From the NCBI GenBank assembly GCA_965220745.1, contig CBDCQT010000010.1:448001-512000 (forward strand): a stretch of 64,000 nucleotides of DNA. Reading direction: 5' to 3'. This document shows, in pieces, positions 1 to 10,329 of the stretch. Both the position numbers and the translations under genes were made by a program. The notes below the pieces were generated by a model that saw only the letters and a list, made by a program, of their open reading frames with translations, was not told where the DNA came from and made no database searches. The stretch comes from Alphaproteobacteria bacterium (GTDB lineage Bacteria > Pseudomonadota > Alphaproteobacteria > UBA828). Every line of letters begins with the position of its first letter. Within the stretch, counting starts at the first letter, position 1.

Positions 1-283
1 GGAAGTCCAACGGCGACGCGTCCCGGGCAGCGGCGGGCTTGATCGGTTCGGCGCCGGCAGCGGTCAAGACGAGAGCCGCGAGTGCCGCAACTCCCCACGC
101 GCCAAGCGCTGACAGGGAAGCGACCCCCTGACCGCTCGCCGATTCCGCCGGCGGCGCGTCAAGCGCGCTTCGCCGGGAACACGGGGCACACCCCCTGCGC
201 GCACGCACGCAGGCCCGCCCCACGGCACTTATCAAAACGCCCTAACTCCCTCCCCCGGCTTCGCCGGGAGCGCACGAGCCGCA

Positions 284-841
284 CTAGACGGCGCGCACCT
301 CCACGACTTCCGGGATGTAGTGTTTCAGCATGTTCTCGATGCCCATCTTCAGGGTCATGGTCGAGCTGGGACAGCCCTGACACGATCCCTGCAGTTGAAG
401 CATCACGATGCCGTTTTGGAATCCGCGATAGATGATGTCCCCGCCGTCCTGAGCGACGGCGGGCCGCACCCGCGTATCGAGCAGCTCCTTGATCTGGCCA
501 ACAATCTCCGCATCGGCACCATCGTCCGCCGCCTCCTCAGCCGTCTGCGCGGCATCGTCGAGGAGGAGCGGATGGCCCGCCACGAAGTGCTCCATGATCA
601 CGCCGAGGATCACGGGTTTCAGCAACTGCCAGTCGGCATCATCGGACTTGGAGACAGAGACGAAGTCGCCACCGAAGAAAACGCCGGTGACGCCCTCGAC
701 CTGAAACAGCCGCCGCGCAAGCGGCGAACGCTCCGCCGATTCGACATCGCGGAAGTCCACAGTCCCAGACGACATCACCGCCTCTCCGGGCAGGAATTTT
801 AATGTCGCCGGGTTCGGGGTCCGCTCGGTCTGAATGAACAT
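284..841 (-). CDS. NifU/Nfu-family Fe-S cluster carrier protein
   Basis: Starts MFIQTERTPNPATLKFLPG (Nfu N-domain); C-terminal VRPAVAQDGGDI...GSCQGCPSS CxxC motif. ATG at 841 preferred over the track start at 862. Confidence 0.93.
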   Translation of the reverse strand: MFIQTERTPNPATLKFLPGEAVMSSGTVDFRDVESAERSPLARRLFQVEGVTGVFFGGDFVSVSKSDDADWQLLKPVILGVIMEHFVAGHPLLLDDAAQTAEEAADDGADAEIVGQIKELLDTRVRPAVAQDGGDIIYRGFQNGIVMLQLQGSCQGCPSSTMTLKMGIENMLKHYIPEVVEVRAV

Positions 842-999
842 GCTTTTCCCAACCCTGCCCAAAGTGGGCGCCTAAAACGTGGTGCAGACTCCCTGCGAGG
901 TCAAGCCCATTGGCTAACTATCTGGATATAAGCGATTTTCGCGATATTCCACAGCTTATACACAGCCACAATTGCGCCCTTGGCGGGCTGCACAGCCGG

Positions 1000-1506
1000 C
1001 TATGTCAAATCCTGGAGCTGCTGATCGTTCAGGTTGCCGGGTACGACTACGAGCGGAATGTTGAGCTGGCCGGCGAGCTGCCCGGCCAGCCAGGAAATGA
1101 GCGATCCCTGCCCCTGATCGGGCGGGGCCGCGCCGACGACCAACAGGTTGATCGCTTCGTTCTCGGCCACGTGGCCCAGAATCTCGTCACCGATCCCGCC
1201 CTCGCGCACCGCCACGCTCGGCGGCTCTCCGGTGACGTCCTCCACCTTGGCGGCGATGGACTGGAGGAGGGCTTCCGCTTCCTCCCGCGTCTCCTGCCGC
1301 ATCAGCTCGCCGACCGCGGCCCAATGCTGGAACTCCGGCGGCTGCACCACGTGAATGAGTGCCACGCGGCCGCCGGAATTGCGGGCGCGCAGCGCGGCGA
1401 ACCGCGCCGCCACTTCGGAATGGCCGTCGTCCGCGACGCAGACCAGGAAGGTGACCTGCCCGGCGACGTGGGCCGCGTCCGTTTCGGGCGGCGCCTGCTC
1501 GGTCAT
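1000..1506 (-). CDS. Universal stress protein (Usp family)
   Basis: FLVCVADD N-terminal strand, VALIHVV, INLLVVGA and terminal IPLVVVP typical of the Usp fold. Confidence 0.88.
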   Translation of the reverse strand: MTEQAPPETDAAHVAGQVTFLVCVADDGHSEVAARFAALRARNSGGRVALIHVVQPPEFQHWAAVGELMRQETREEAEALLQSIAAKVEDVTGEPPSVAVREGGIGDEILGHVAENEAINLLVVGAAPPDQGQGSLISWLAGQLAGQLNIPLVVVPGNLNDQQLQDLT

Positions 1507-1527
1507 CGCATCGATCCCGCCGCGTCC

Positions 1528-2283
1528 TCAGCCCTTGCGGAAGGCGAAGCTGCCCAACCATCCTGCCACTAGCGCGAGCGCGATAGCAATGATGCCGTAG
1601 AGGGCTTCGTCCGTCCGCGCGAAGGTGGAAATGTCCGCCGAGAAGCCCGCCTTCTCGATGGTGAGCGCCGCCGAGCGCGTGCTGAGCACTTCGCCGTCGA
1701 CCAGGAGCATCCCCTCCACCAGGTACTCGCCGGTCGGCACGTGGGCGGGCAGGTCGATCGTGGTGCGGAACAACCGCTCGTCGATGAACTCGACCACGCC
1801 CGGCTCCAACTTGTACAGCAAGTCACTCTCCCTATGGCGGTGCAGGGCGGCGCGGAACTCGTCCGCATCGCCCGACGTGTCGAACCAGATCGCCTCAAGC
1901 AGCAGGCGCTTCGAGCCCAGTTGCTCGCGATTGAGAAACTCTTCCGGGGCGATGTCTTCGAGCGGGCTTGAGGCAGCGACGAAGTAGTAGCCGGGCACGT
2001 TGCGGAAGGCGATCGCTTCCTGGTTGACCCAGACGCCGACGGACCGCAGCTTGCGGCGCACCACCACCGGCTCCTCCGGCCCGCGCACGGAGACCACGAC
2101 GTCGCCCGCCATGTCGGTCGCACCGAAGAGCAGGATCGAGGTGCCGGCGAAGTTCGAGTCGATCTCGATGCGCTGGGTCGAGAGCGCGATCAGCAGGGGC
2201 TCGTCGTGCTCCTGCGCCGCGGCGGGCGCTGCCGCGACGCTGACGGCGAAGACCATCCCGAGCAGTTGGACCACGCGCCGCAT
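1528..2283 (-). CDS. TIGR02186-type membrane protein, usual partner of TauE/SafE
   Basis: Signal peptide, IEIDSNFAGTSILLFGA, VRRKxRxxGVWVN, LFRTTIDLPA, C-terminal TM helix; ATG overlaps the upstream stop (TGATG). Confidence 0.8.
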   Translation of the reverse strand: MRRVVQLLGMVFAVSVAAAPAAAQEHDEPLLIALSTQRIEIDSNFAGTSILLFGATDMAGDVVVSVRGPEEPVVVRRKLRSVGVWVNQEAIAFRNVPGYYFVAASSPLEDIAPEEFLNREQLGSKRLLLEAIWFDTSGDADEFRAALHRHRESDLLYKLEPGVVEFIDERLFRTTIDLPAHVPTGEYLVEGMLLVDGEVLSTRSAALTIEKAGFSADISTFARTDEALYGIIAIALALVAGWLGSFAFRKG

Positions 2284-3197
2284 CAGTTCCCCCACAGCGG
2301 TGCGACCGCGAAGGGATCGTCCGGCATCACCACCAGCGAGTATGCCAGCCGGCCACCCACCGCGAGCACCATGAGAGCGAGCAGGCCCCGGAGATGCTCC
2401 GCCCGGATGCGCCCACCGAGCCGCGTGCCGTACTGGGCGCCGATGACGGCGCCGACCGCCAGCAGAAGGCCGAGGATAATGTCGACGTTATTGTTATTGA
2501 TGGCGTGGGCGAAGCAAGAAACCGAGCTGATCACGATGATCCCGAGCAACGAAGTGCCCACCACCACCGCCGTCGGCATGCCGATGAGGTAGATCATCGC
2601 CGGCACCATGAAGAACCCGCCGCCGACGCCCATGATGGAGGCAATGATGCCCATGAGGAAGCCAAGGACGAACGGCGGGATCGCACTGACGTAGAGGCGC
2701 GAGCGGCGGAAGCGCAGCTTGAGCGGCAACCCGTGAATCCAGGTGTGGTGGTGCGCCTTGCGGTGCGCCGTGCGCTGGCGCCGCACCGTCGCCCTCACGC
2801 TCTCCACCGCCATCAGGCAGCCGACCACCCCGAGAAACAGCACGTAGGAGAGCGATATCACCAGGTCGATCTGGCCCGCGTCGCTGAGCAGCTTGAAGAG
2901 GAAGGCGCCGAGCCAGGCGCCGCCCGCGCCGCCGCAGGAGATCAGCGCGCCGATCAGAAAGTCGACGTTGCCGCGGCGCCAGTGCGCCATCGTACCGGAG
3001 ACCGACGACGCGATGATCAGGTTGGTACCGGTTCCAACGGCGACCGAGGGCGTCACCCCGAGGAAGATCAGGAGCGGTGTCATCAGAAAGCCACCGCCCA
3101 CGCCGAACATGCCCGACAGCAAGCCCACCCCGCCGCCGAGAACGAGCAGAATCAGCGCATTGGCTGAAAGCTCGGCGATTGGGAGATAGATCTCCAT
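2283..3197 (-). CDS. Sulfite exporter TauE/SafE family membrane protein
   Basis: MEIYLPIAE start; duplicated G(M/I)xGVGGGF motifs; multiple TM segments. Confidence 0.9.
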   Translation of the reverse strand: MEIYLPIAELSANALILLVLGGGVGLLSGMFGVGGGFLMTPLLIFLGVTPSVAVGTGTNLIIASSVSGTMAHWRRGNVDFLIGALISCGGAGGAWLGAFLFKLLSDAGQIDLVISLSYVLFLGVVGCLMAVESVRATVRRQRTAHRKAHHHTWIHGLPLKLRFRRSRLYVSAIPPFVLGFLMGIIASIMGVGGGFFMVPAMIYLIGMPTAVVVGTSLLGIIVISSVSCFAHAINNNNVDIILGLLLAVGAVIGAQYGTRLGGRIRAEHLRGLLALMVLAVGGRLAYSLVVMPDDPFAVAPLWGN

Positions 3198-3328
3198 CGG
3201 AAAAACAGCGTCGTGCGTATGGGGATGCGCACGTTACATGCGCCTCCCGCTCAAGTAGCGCAAGCGAAAAGTCTGTAATCGTGCAGTTTTGTCGCTGACT
3301 TGGGCCGCAAAGCGCTGCCTGGAGCCGC

Positions 3329-4321
3329 TCAGGCGTCGAGCAGCCCCATAATGCGCCGCACTTCGGCGAGGTTGGCGTCCGCGATGTGCCGGGCACGCTC
3401 GGCGCCGTCGGCGAGCACCTCGTCGATGTAGCCGGGGTCCGCCAACAGCTCACGCATGCGTGCAGCGAGCGGGCCGAGCGCCTCGATCGCGAGATCGGCG
3501 AGCTTGCCCTTGAAGTCGGCGAAACCCATCAGGGAATGCTCGGCGGCCACCCTCTCGATGGGCTCGTCGGCGAGCGCCGCATAAATGCTCAGCAGGTTCG
3601 CCGCTTCGGGACGCCGCTCGAGGTCATGGGCCAGGCCGGGCTCGGAATCCGTTTTGGCGCGCTTGATCTTGAGCGCGATCATGTCGGCATCGTCAGTCAG
3701 ATTGATCCGTGAGTACTCTGACGTGTCCGACTTGCTCATCTTGTTGCGGCCGTCTCTCAGGCTCATCACCCGCGTCGCGGCGCCGAAGATCATCGGCTCG
3801 GGCAGGGGAAAGAATTCCCGGTCGTAGGCGCGATTGAACGCGCTCGCAATGTCGCGCGAAAGCTCCAGGTGTTGCTTCTGGTCCTCGCCCACCGGCACGG
3901 CTGTCGCGTGGTAGAGCAGGATGTCGGCGGCCATCAGCACCGGGTAGGCATAGAGGCCGAGGAGCGCACTATCCCGCTTCTTCCCCGCCTTCTCCTTGAA
4001 CTGGGTCATGCGGTTGAGCCAGCCAAGCGGAGTGAAGCAATTGAGGATCCAGGCGAGCTCCGCGTGTCCCGTCACGCTGCTCTGGTTGAAGATGATGCAG
4101 GTCTTGGGGTCGAGCCCGGCGGCAATCAGCCCGGCCGTGACCTCGCGGGTGTTGTTCGTGAGCTCTTCCGGATCCTGCGCCACCGTGATCGCGTGGAGAT
4201 CGACGATGCAATAAATGCAGTCGTACTCCTGCTGCATCGCGACCCAGTTCTTGATCGCGCCGAGGTAATTGCCGAGGTGCAGGTTGCCGGTCGGCTGTAC
4301 GCCGGAAAAGACCCGCTTCAT
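3329..4321 (-). CDS. trpS: Tryptophan--tRNA ligase
   Basis: [18 protein letters not shown] (HIGH-like), [27 protein letters not shown]. Confidence 0.98.
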   Translation of the reverse strand: MKRVFSGVQPTGNLHLGNYLGAIKNWVAMQQEYDCIYCIVDLHAITVAQDPEELTNNTREVTAGLIAAGLDPKTCIIFNQSSVTGHAELAWILNCFTPLGWLNRMTQFKEKAGKKRDSALLGLYAYPVLMAADILLYHATAVPVGEDQKQHLELSRDIASAFNRAYDREFFPLPEPMIFGAATRVMSLRDGRNKMSKSDTSEYSRINLTDDADMIALKIKRAKTDSEPGLAHDLERRPEAANLLSIYAALADEPIERVAAEHSLMGFADFKGKLADLAIEALGPLAARMRELLADPGYIDEVLADGAERARHIADANLAEVRRIMGLLDA

Positions 4322-4373
4322 GTCAGGAACGCTCCACCGGGGGCGCGCCTTATCGCGCCCTCGCGCGCCGCCG

Positions 4374-5951
4374 TCAACCTTGGCCTTGGTCTTGCCCTTC
4401 GTCTTGCCGTTGCTGCCGGGCCAACAGCGCGCGCATCTCGCTCAACGAAACGATTCCTGTGACGATGGCGAGCGCGCCGTAGACGACGAGACCAGCGGCG
4501 ACGAGGGCGGCGAGCGCCGCGATGCGCAAGCCCGCCACTTCCAGCGCCATCTCCAGGGCCAGCGCGAGCGCCCAGAGCACGACCGCCATGCCGGCGGACG
4601 CCGCGATCATGCGCGGCAGTCGGCGCCTCAGTCGCCGGTCGGGCTTTAGAAAGCCGCGCCGTGCGAGGCCCGCAGCCAGAAGACCGACGTTGAGCCAGCC
4701 GGCGAGCGTGGTCGCCAGCGCGATGCCGACGTGGGCGAGCGGGCCCATGAGGGCGAGGTTCAGCACGACGTTCACCGCGAGGCAGAGGATGGCGATCCGC
4801 ACCGGCGTCCTGGTGTCCTGACGTGCGAAATAGCCGGGCACCAGCACCTTAATCAGCACGAACGCGGGCAACCCGGCGGCATAGGCGACCAGCGCGCCGG
4901 CCGTGGCGTCGCTTTGCGCCACGCCGAAGGCGCCGCGCTCGAACAGGACCGCGATCACAGGGCCGGCGATGACGATGAGCGCGACCGCCGCCGGCACTGC
5001 CAGCAGCAGCGCCATCTCGATCGCCCTGTTCAGGCTGTTCGACGCCTCGTCCGTCTCGCCCGCCCGCAGCTGGCGGCTCAGCAGCGGCAGCAGCGCGGTC
5101 CCGACCGCGACCCCGACGACGCCGAGGGGAAGCTGATTCACGCGGTCGGCGTAATAGAGGAAGGAAACGGAGCCGCTGGGCAGCAGCGAGGCGATGATGA
5201 TGTCGACGACCAGATTGATCTGGGCGACACCGGCACCGAGCGCCGCCGGTGCGGCGAGGATCAGCAGTCGCTTGACCCCCGGTGTGAGCCGGGGCCGACG
5301 CAGGCGGAGCGACATCCCTGCGCGCGAGGCGGCGACCACCAGCCAGACGAACTGAACGATGCCGCCGACCGTGACACCCACCGCCAGCGCATGCCCCGGC
5401 GTCTCGGTCCAGCGCGCGAGCCCGAGCAGGGCCCCGATCAGGCAGAGATTGAGCAGGATCGGCGTCGCCGCCACGGCGGCGAAGCGGTAGAGAGAATTCA
5501 ACACGCCGCCGAGGAGGGAAACCAGTGAAATCAAGAGGATGTAGGGGAAGGTGAGCCGCGTGAGCTGCACGGTCAGATCGAGCTTGCCGAGCTCGTCCGC
5601 GAAGCCCGGCGCCAGCACGTGCATGAGCCAGGGCATCACGATCTGCGCGACGATGACGAGCACGAGCAGAGTCCACAGCAGGACGGTCAGCACGTCCTCG
5701 GCGAACGATTTGGCCGCCTCGCGCCCGTCGCGCTCCAGTGTGCCCGCGAAGAGCGGTACGAAGGCAGCGTTGAATGCGCCTTCGGCGAACAGCCGCCGCA
5801 GGAAGTTGGGCAGCTTGAACGCGACGAAGAAGGCGTCTGCGACCGGGCTCGCGCCGAGAATGGACGCGATCAGGATGTCGCGCAGGAAGCCAAGAACGCG
5901 CGAGCCCATGGTGTAGCCGCCGACCGTCGCGGCCCAGCGGGCGAGTGCCAT
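4374..5951 (-). CDS. murJ: Lipid II flippase MurJ (MviN)
   Basis: [43 protein letters not shown] motifs. Confidence 0.96.
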   Translation of the reverse strand: MALARWAATVGGYTMGSRVLGFLRDILIASILGASPVADAFFVAFKLPNFLRRLFAEGAFNAAFVPLFAGTLERDGREAAKSFAEDVLTVLLWTLLVLVIVAQIVMPWLMHVLAPGFADELGKLDLTVQLTRLTFPYILLISLVSLLGGVLNSLYRFAAVAATPILLNLCLIGALLGLARWTETPGHALAVGVTVGGIVQFVWLVVAASRAGMSLRLRRPRLTPGVKRLLILAAPAALGAGVAQINLVVDIIIASLLPSGSVSFLYYADRVNQLPLGVVGVAVGTALLPLLSRQLRAGETDEASNSLNRAIEMALLLAVPAAVALIVIAGPVIAVLFERGAFGVAQSDATAGALVAYAAGLPAFVLIKVLVPGYFARQDTRTPVRIAILCLAVNVVLNLALMGPLAHVGIALATTLAGWLNVGLLAAGLARRGFLKPDRRLRRRLPRMIAASAGMAVVLWALALALEMALEVAGLRIAALAALVAAGLVVYGALAIVTGIVSLSEMRALLARQQRQDEGQDQGQG

Positions 5952-5985
5952 CGGTTACACGGGTGGCCGGTAGAGGGCCAGCAGA

Positions 5986-8730
5986 TTAGCCGGCCGCGCT
6001 GCGGCGCGGCGCGGCGCCGGACTGGCGCCAGAGCATTTCGGTCAGGCGGCCCTGCACCTGCGCGATCTGCGCCTCGCGGGAAAGCTTCAGGCCGAAACGG
6101 TCCCTCACGTAGAACACGTCGACGGCGCGGGAGCCCACAGTCGAAATGTGCGCCGAGCCGATCGAGACACCGCAGGCGCTGAGCGTCCGCGTGATGTCGT
6201 AGAGGAGCCCCGGGCGATCGCGCGCGCTCACCTCGATTACGGTGTAGCCGATGCTCGCACCGTTATCGACGAGGACATGGGGCTCGAGCGCGATCGGGGC
6301 GGAGCGCGCAGGCGGAGGTGCGGCCACGAAGGGCGCCTCATCCACGCGTTCTGCGCCCGCGTCATCTTGGGAGAGCGCGCGCACCACGCTTTGCTCGAGC
6401 CGCTCCAGGCGCTCTTCGTCGCGGATCGCGCCGCCGCCTGCGGCTTGAATCCAGATCGTGTCGATAGCCATCCCGTCGCTGGTGGTGAAGACGCGGGCGT
6501 CGATGATGTTCGCGCCCGAATTGGCCATCGCGCCGGCAATGGCGGCGAACAGGCCGATGTAATCGGGCGTGTAGAGCGTCATCTCCGTCGCTTCCCTGGT
6601 CTGATCGATGCGGGTCTCGACCAGGGGCCCCCTGCCCCCGCCTTGCACGAGGCGGGCGTGGCGTTCCTGCATCGCGCTGTCGGTGGAGAGCCAGTAGTTC
6701 TCGGGAAGTCTGGCCTCGAATTGCGCGACCTCTGCCTCGGTCCAGTCCGAGAGGCGGGCATGTAGGGCCTGCCGGGCATTCGTCACGCGCGCCTCCCGGT
6801 CCTCGGCCTCGCGACCGCCTGCCAGCACCGCCTCGGCCCGGTGGTAGAGCATGCGCAGGAGCGAGCCTTTCCACGCCGTCATGCGCCCCGGCCCAACGGC
6901 GGTGATGTCGGCGGCGGTCAGCACCAGCAGGAGCCGCAGGCGCTCGAGCGAGCGGACCCGGCCGACGAAATCGTCAATGGTGCGCGGATCGTTGGGGTCG
7001 CGTTTGAACGCGGTCATGCTGAACAGGAGATGCCAGCGGACGAGCCAGGCGACGGTCTCGACCTCATCCGGTGAGAATTGTAGCCGGTTGGCGACCTCGC
7101 GTGCGATCTCGGCGCCGATCTCCGAATGGTCGCCGCCCCGCCCCTTCGCGACATCGTGCAGGAGAAGCGCGAGATAGAGCACATCGCGCATCCGCAACTG
7201 GTGAATCAGGGTGCTGGCGAGCGGCAGCTCGTCGGCATGGTCGCCTCTTTCGATCGCGGCGAGCACGCCGATGGCCCGAATACTGTGCTCGTCGACCGTG
7301 TAGACGTGATACAGATCGAGCTGGGTCTGCGCGACGACGCGGCCGAAGTCCGGCAGGAACTGCCCCATCACGCCGGCCTCGTTCATCATCCGAAGAATCG
7401 TTTCGGGATCGCGCCTGTCGGTGAGGATCGCGCGGAAGGCGCGATTGGCCTCGGGGTCGTCGCGCACCTCGGCGGTGATCAGACCGTGGCCCTGGTGGAT
7501 CAAGCGCGCAGTGGCGGGATGGATGTCGCGGCCTTCGATCTGGGCGCGGCGGAAGATCGTCACGAGGCGCACCGGGCGCTCCATGAAGGTGTCCTCGCTG
7601 ACCGCCGCGATGCGTCCACCGGAGACGAACAGCCCGTCGCGGGCCGGGCCCGTCACCGTCCCTGAGCGGTGGACCGGAGCGCTGTGGAGCCGCTCTGCCT
7701 CCAGCACCGCGCAGAAGACCCGCGTGAGCTCGCCCACCTCCTTCGCGGCCAGAAAATAGTGCTTCATGAAGCGCTCGACGGCGAGATTGCCACGGCGCGG
7801 CCCGTAGCCCATGCGCGCTGCGATCTCGGGTTGCCGGTCGAAGGTGAGGCGATCATCGGCGCGGTCGCAGACGATGTGGAGGTGGGCGCGCACCCGCCAC
7901 AAGAAGTCCTCAGCCCGCGCAAAGCGATCGTATTCGTGCTGATTGAGCACGCCGCGCTCCACCAGCTCGCCGAAACGCTCGACACGGAAGAGATACTTGG
8001 CGATCCAGAACAGCACGTGGAGGTCGCGCAAGCCGCCCTTGCCGTCCTTCACGTTAGGCTCCAGGAGATAACGCGAATCGCCTGCGCGCACGTGTCGCTC
8101 ATCGCGTTCGCGCATCTTGGCGGCCACGAACTCGGCCTCGGTGCCAGGCACCAGCTCGGCAAGAAATCGATGGCGGAACCCGTCATAGAGCGCCTGGTCG
8201 CCCCACACGCGGCGCGATTCGAGCACCGCGGTGCGGATCGTCATGTCGTCCCGTGCCCGCCCAAGGCAATCGGCGACCGAACGGGTCGCATGGCCGACCG
8301 TGAAGCCGAGGTCCCACATCATGTAGAGCAGATGCTCAATGATCTGCTCGCTGCGGGCAGTGAGCTTGTAGGGGTGCAGGAAGAGGATATCGATATCGGA
8401 GTGGGGCGACAGATCGCCCCGGCCGTAGCCGCCGACCGCCACCAGCGAAAGACGGTTGGCCGTGGTCGGGTTGGGCAGCGGGTAGAGGACCTCGGCCGCC
8501 CGATCCAGCAGCACGCGCAGTAGCTGGTCGATCAGAGTGGTCTGGGCTGCAACGATCTCGGCACCCGACGCTCCGGCTTCGAGGCGTCGTTGAAGCGCCT
8601 CGCGGCCTTGATCGCGGGCGCGCCGCATAACTTCGAGCACGCCCTTCCGATCGTCGTGACCGAGCCGGTGGATCGCATCTGCAAGAGTCCGTCGGTCAAA
8701 GAGGTCCGGCGGAGAGTCAGGCGCGTTCAT
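5986..8730 (-). CDS. glnD: [Protein-PII] uridylyltransferase
   Basis: AVGGYGRGDLSPHSDIDIL, LEPNVKDGKGGLRD, HD domain (HVYTVDEH, LLHDVAKG), two C-terminal ACT domains. Start uncertain (8730 or 8778). Confidence 0.96.
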   Translation of the reverse strand: MNAPDSPPDLFDRRTLADAIHRLGHDDRKGVLEVMRRARDQGREALQRRLEAGASGAEIVAAQTTLIDQLLRVLLDRAAEVLYPLPNPTTANRLSLVAVGGYGRGDLSPHSDIDILFLHPYKLTARSEQIIEHLLYMMWDLGFTVGHATRSVADCLGRARDDMTIRTAVLESRRVWGDQALYDGFRHRFLAELVPGTEAEFVAAKMRERDERHVRAGDSRYLLEPNVKDGKGGLRDLHVLFWIAKYLFRVERFGELVERGVLNQHEYDRFARAEDFLWRVRAHLHIVCDRADDRLTFDRQPEIAARMGYGPRRGNLAVERFMKHYFLAAKEVGELTRVFCAVLEAERLHSAPVHRSGTVTGPARDGLFVSGGRIAAVSEDTFMERPVRLVTIFRRAQIEGRDIHPATARLIHQGHGLITAEVRDDPEANRAFRAILTDRRDPETILRMMNEAGVMGQFLPDFGRVVAQTQLDLYHVYTVDEHSIRAIGVLAAIERGDHADELPLASTLIHQLRMRDVLYLALLLHDVAKGRGGDHSEIGAEIAREVANRLQFSPDEVETVAWLVRWHLLFSMTAFKRDPNDPRTIDDFVGRVRSLERLRLLLVLTAADITAVGPGRMTAWKGSLLRMLYHRAEAVLAGGREAEDREARVTNARQALHARLSDWTEAEVAQFEARLPENYWLSTDSAMQERHARLVQGGGRGPLVETRIDQTREATEMTLYTPDYIGLFAAIAGAMANSGANIIDARVFTTSDGMAIDTIWIQAAGGGAIRDEERLERLEQSVVRALSQDDAGAERVDEAPFVAAPPPARSAPIALEPHVLVDNGASIGYTVIEVSARDRPGLLYDITRTLSACGVSIGSAHISTVGSRAVDVFYVRDRFGLKLSREAQIAQVQGRLTEMLWRQSGAAPRRSAAG

Positions 8731-8982
8731 CGCCGCACGCTCGGGAAGCCGGCCAACCTGGGCCGTCTCTCGCCGCAACGCAAAACGCTCGCTGAACCGG
8801 GTCCCATCGTCTCGCTACTTGCCCCCTATTGCCGGATGCCCGCAAGCTCACAGGGAATTGCGGGGCGTGGGCGGCGCGGTCATGTATAATCCCGTGCGGC
8901 GCCGCGATCGCCCCGCCAAATCGATCGCCCGGCGTAGCTCGGCCTTGCGCCGACGTTCGATCATAGCCACTTGTTCGCCACC

Positions 8983-10329
8983 ATGGACCTGCTTGTCGAC
9001 AAACTAAACTATATTTGGCCGTTTCTCGCGGTGATCACGCCCGTGGTGTTCTTCCACGAGCTTGGCCATTACCTCGTGGCCAGGATCAACGGCGTGCGCG
9101 TGGAGGTGTTCGCGGTCGGCTTCGGGCCGGAGCTCGTCGGCATCGACGACCGCCACGGGACACGCTGGAAGCTGTGTGCGCTGCCGCTCGGCGGCTATGT
9201 GAAGTTCCACGGCGACGCCGATGTCACCAGCACGTCGGCCAAGGACGACGACGCGCCGCCCCCGCCCGATTCGTTCTTCGCCAAGTCGGTGGGGAAGCGC
9301 TCGGCCATCGCGTTCGCGGGTCCGTTCGCGAACCTCCTGCTCGCAGCGGCGATCTTCGCCGTCTTCTTCATTGTGGTCGGCCAGCGCTACACGCCGGTAG
9401 AAATCGGCACCGTGCGCGCGGGAAGCCCCGCCGCCGTCGCCGGGCTCCAGCCGGGCGACAGACTGGTCGAGCTCAACGGCAGCCGCGTCGAGCGCTTCGA
9501 GGAGCTGGACTTCACCCTCCTCCAGAGCGTGGGCGAGCCGCTCACGCTCGCGGTCGAACGAAGCGGTGAGTTGCTCGAATTCACGATCAAGCCGGAGATC
9601 ATCGAGGTGCTGGACGCCTTCGACCGGCCGCAGCAGCTGGGCGATATCGGAGTCCGGCCGTTCACGCCGGCCTCCGTTTCGCAAGTGGTGGCGGGCAGCC
9701 CGGCTGAGCGGGGCGGCCTCCAAGCCGGCGACAGTATCGTCCGTATCGGCGATGTGGCGATCGAGAGCTTTGACCACCTTCGCACCATCGTGGAGCGGAA
9801 CGCGGGCGTGCCGCTCACTTTCTTCGTCGAACGGAGCGGCGGCGAGGAGACGCTGACCGTCACCCCGGACGACGCGAACGGGACGGGGCGGATCGGTGTC
9901 TACCCCGAGCAGCAGACGGCGTTCCGCAATCTTGGAGTCGGTGAGTCAATTTGGGCAGGGGTCGAACACACGTATGCGCTCGCCGCCGCAAACCTGCGTG
10001 CAATCGGGCAGATGATCGCCGGCACCCGCTCCACCGAGCAACTGAGCGGCCCCGTCGGCATCGCCGTCATGTCGCGGAGCGTGCTTGAGCGCGGCGTCTC
10101 TGGCTTCATCGAGTTCGCAGCGTTGATTTCCATCGCCCTCGGCCTGATCAATCTGTTTCCGATTCCGCCGCTCGACGGCGGACACCTGCTATACAACGGC
10201 ATCGAAGCCCTGTTCCGGCGTCCGCTGAATGCCCGGCTTCAGCAAATCGGCGCGACGGTGGGGCTAACGATTGTTATCGCATTGATGGTATGGGTGACGA
10301 CGAAGGACATCATCGGCCTGACCTCATGA
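8983..10329 (+). CDS. rseP: RIP metalloprotease RseP with two PDZ domains
   Basis: HELGH zinc motif, PLGGYVK, two GSPA..GLQxGD PDZ repeats, NLFPIPPLDGGH. Confidence 0.95.
   Translation: MDLLVDKLNYIWPFLAVITPVVFFHELGHYLVARINGVRVEVFAVGFGPELVGIDDRHGTRWKLCALPLGGYVKFHGDADVTSTSAKDDDAPPPPDSFFAKSVGKRSAIAFAGPFANLLLAAAIFAVFFIVVGQRYTPVEIGTVRAGSPAAVAGLQPGDRLVELNGSRVERFEELDFTLLQSVGEPLTLAVERSGELLEFTIKPEIIEVLDAFDRPQQLGDIGVRPFTPASVSQVVAGSPAERGGLQAGDSIVRIGDVAIESFDHLRTIVERNAGVPLTFFVERSGGEETLTVTPDDANGTGRIGVYPEQQTAFRNLGVGESIWAGVEHTYALAAANLRAIGQMIAGTRSTEQLSGPVGIAVMSRSVLERGVSGFIEFAALISIALGLINLFPIPPLDGGHLLYNGIEALFRRPLNARLQQIGATVGLTIVIALMVWVTTKDIIGLTS

Noticed and set aside
1-208. Possible minus-strand ORF start with a hydrophobic stretch (LSALGAWGVAALAALVLTAAGA) running off the window edge
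   Set aside because: Too short and the start is ambiguous; cannot be supported from this window.
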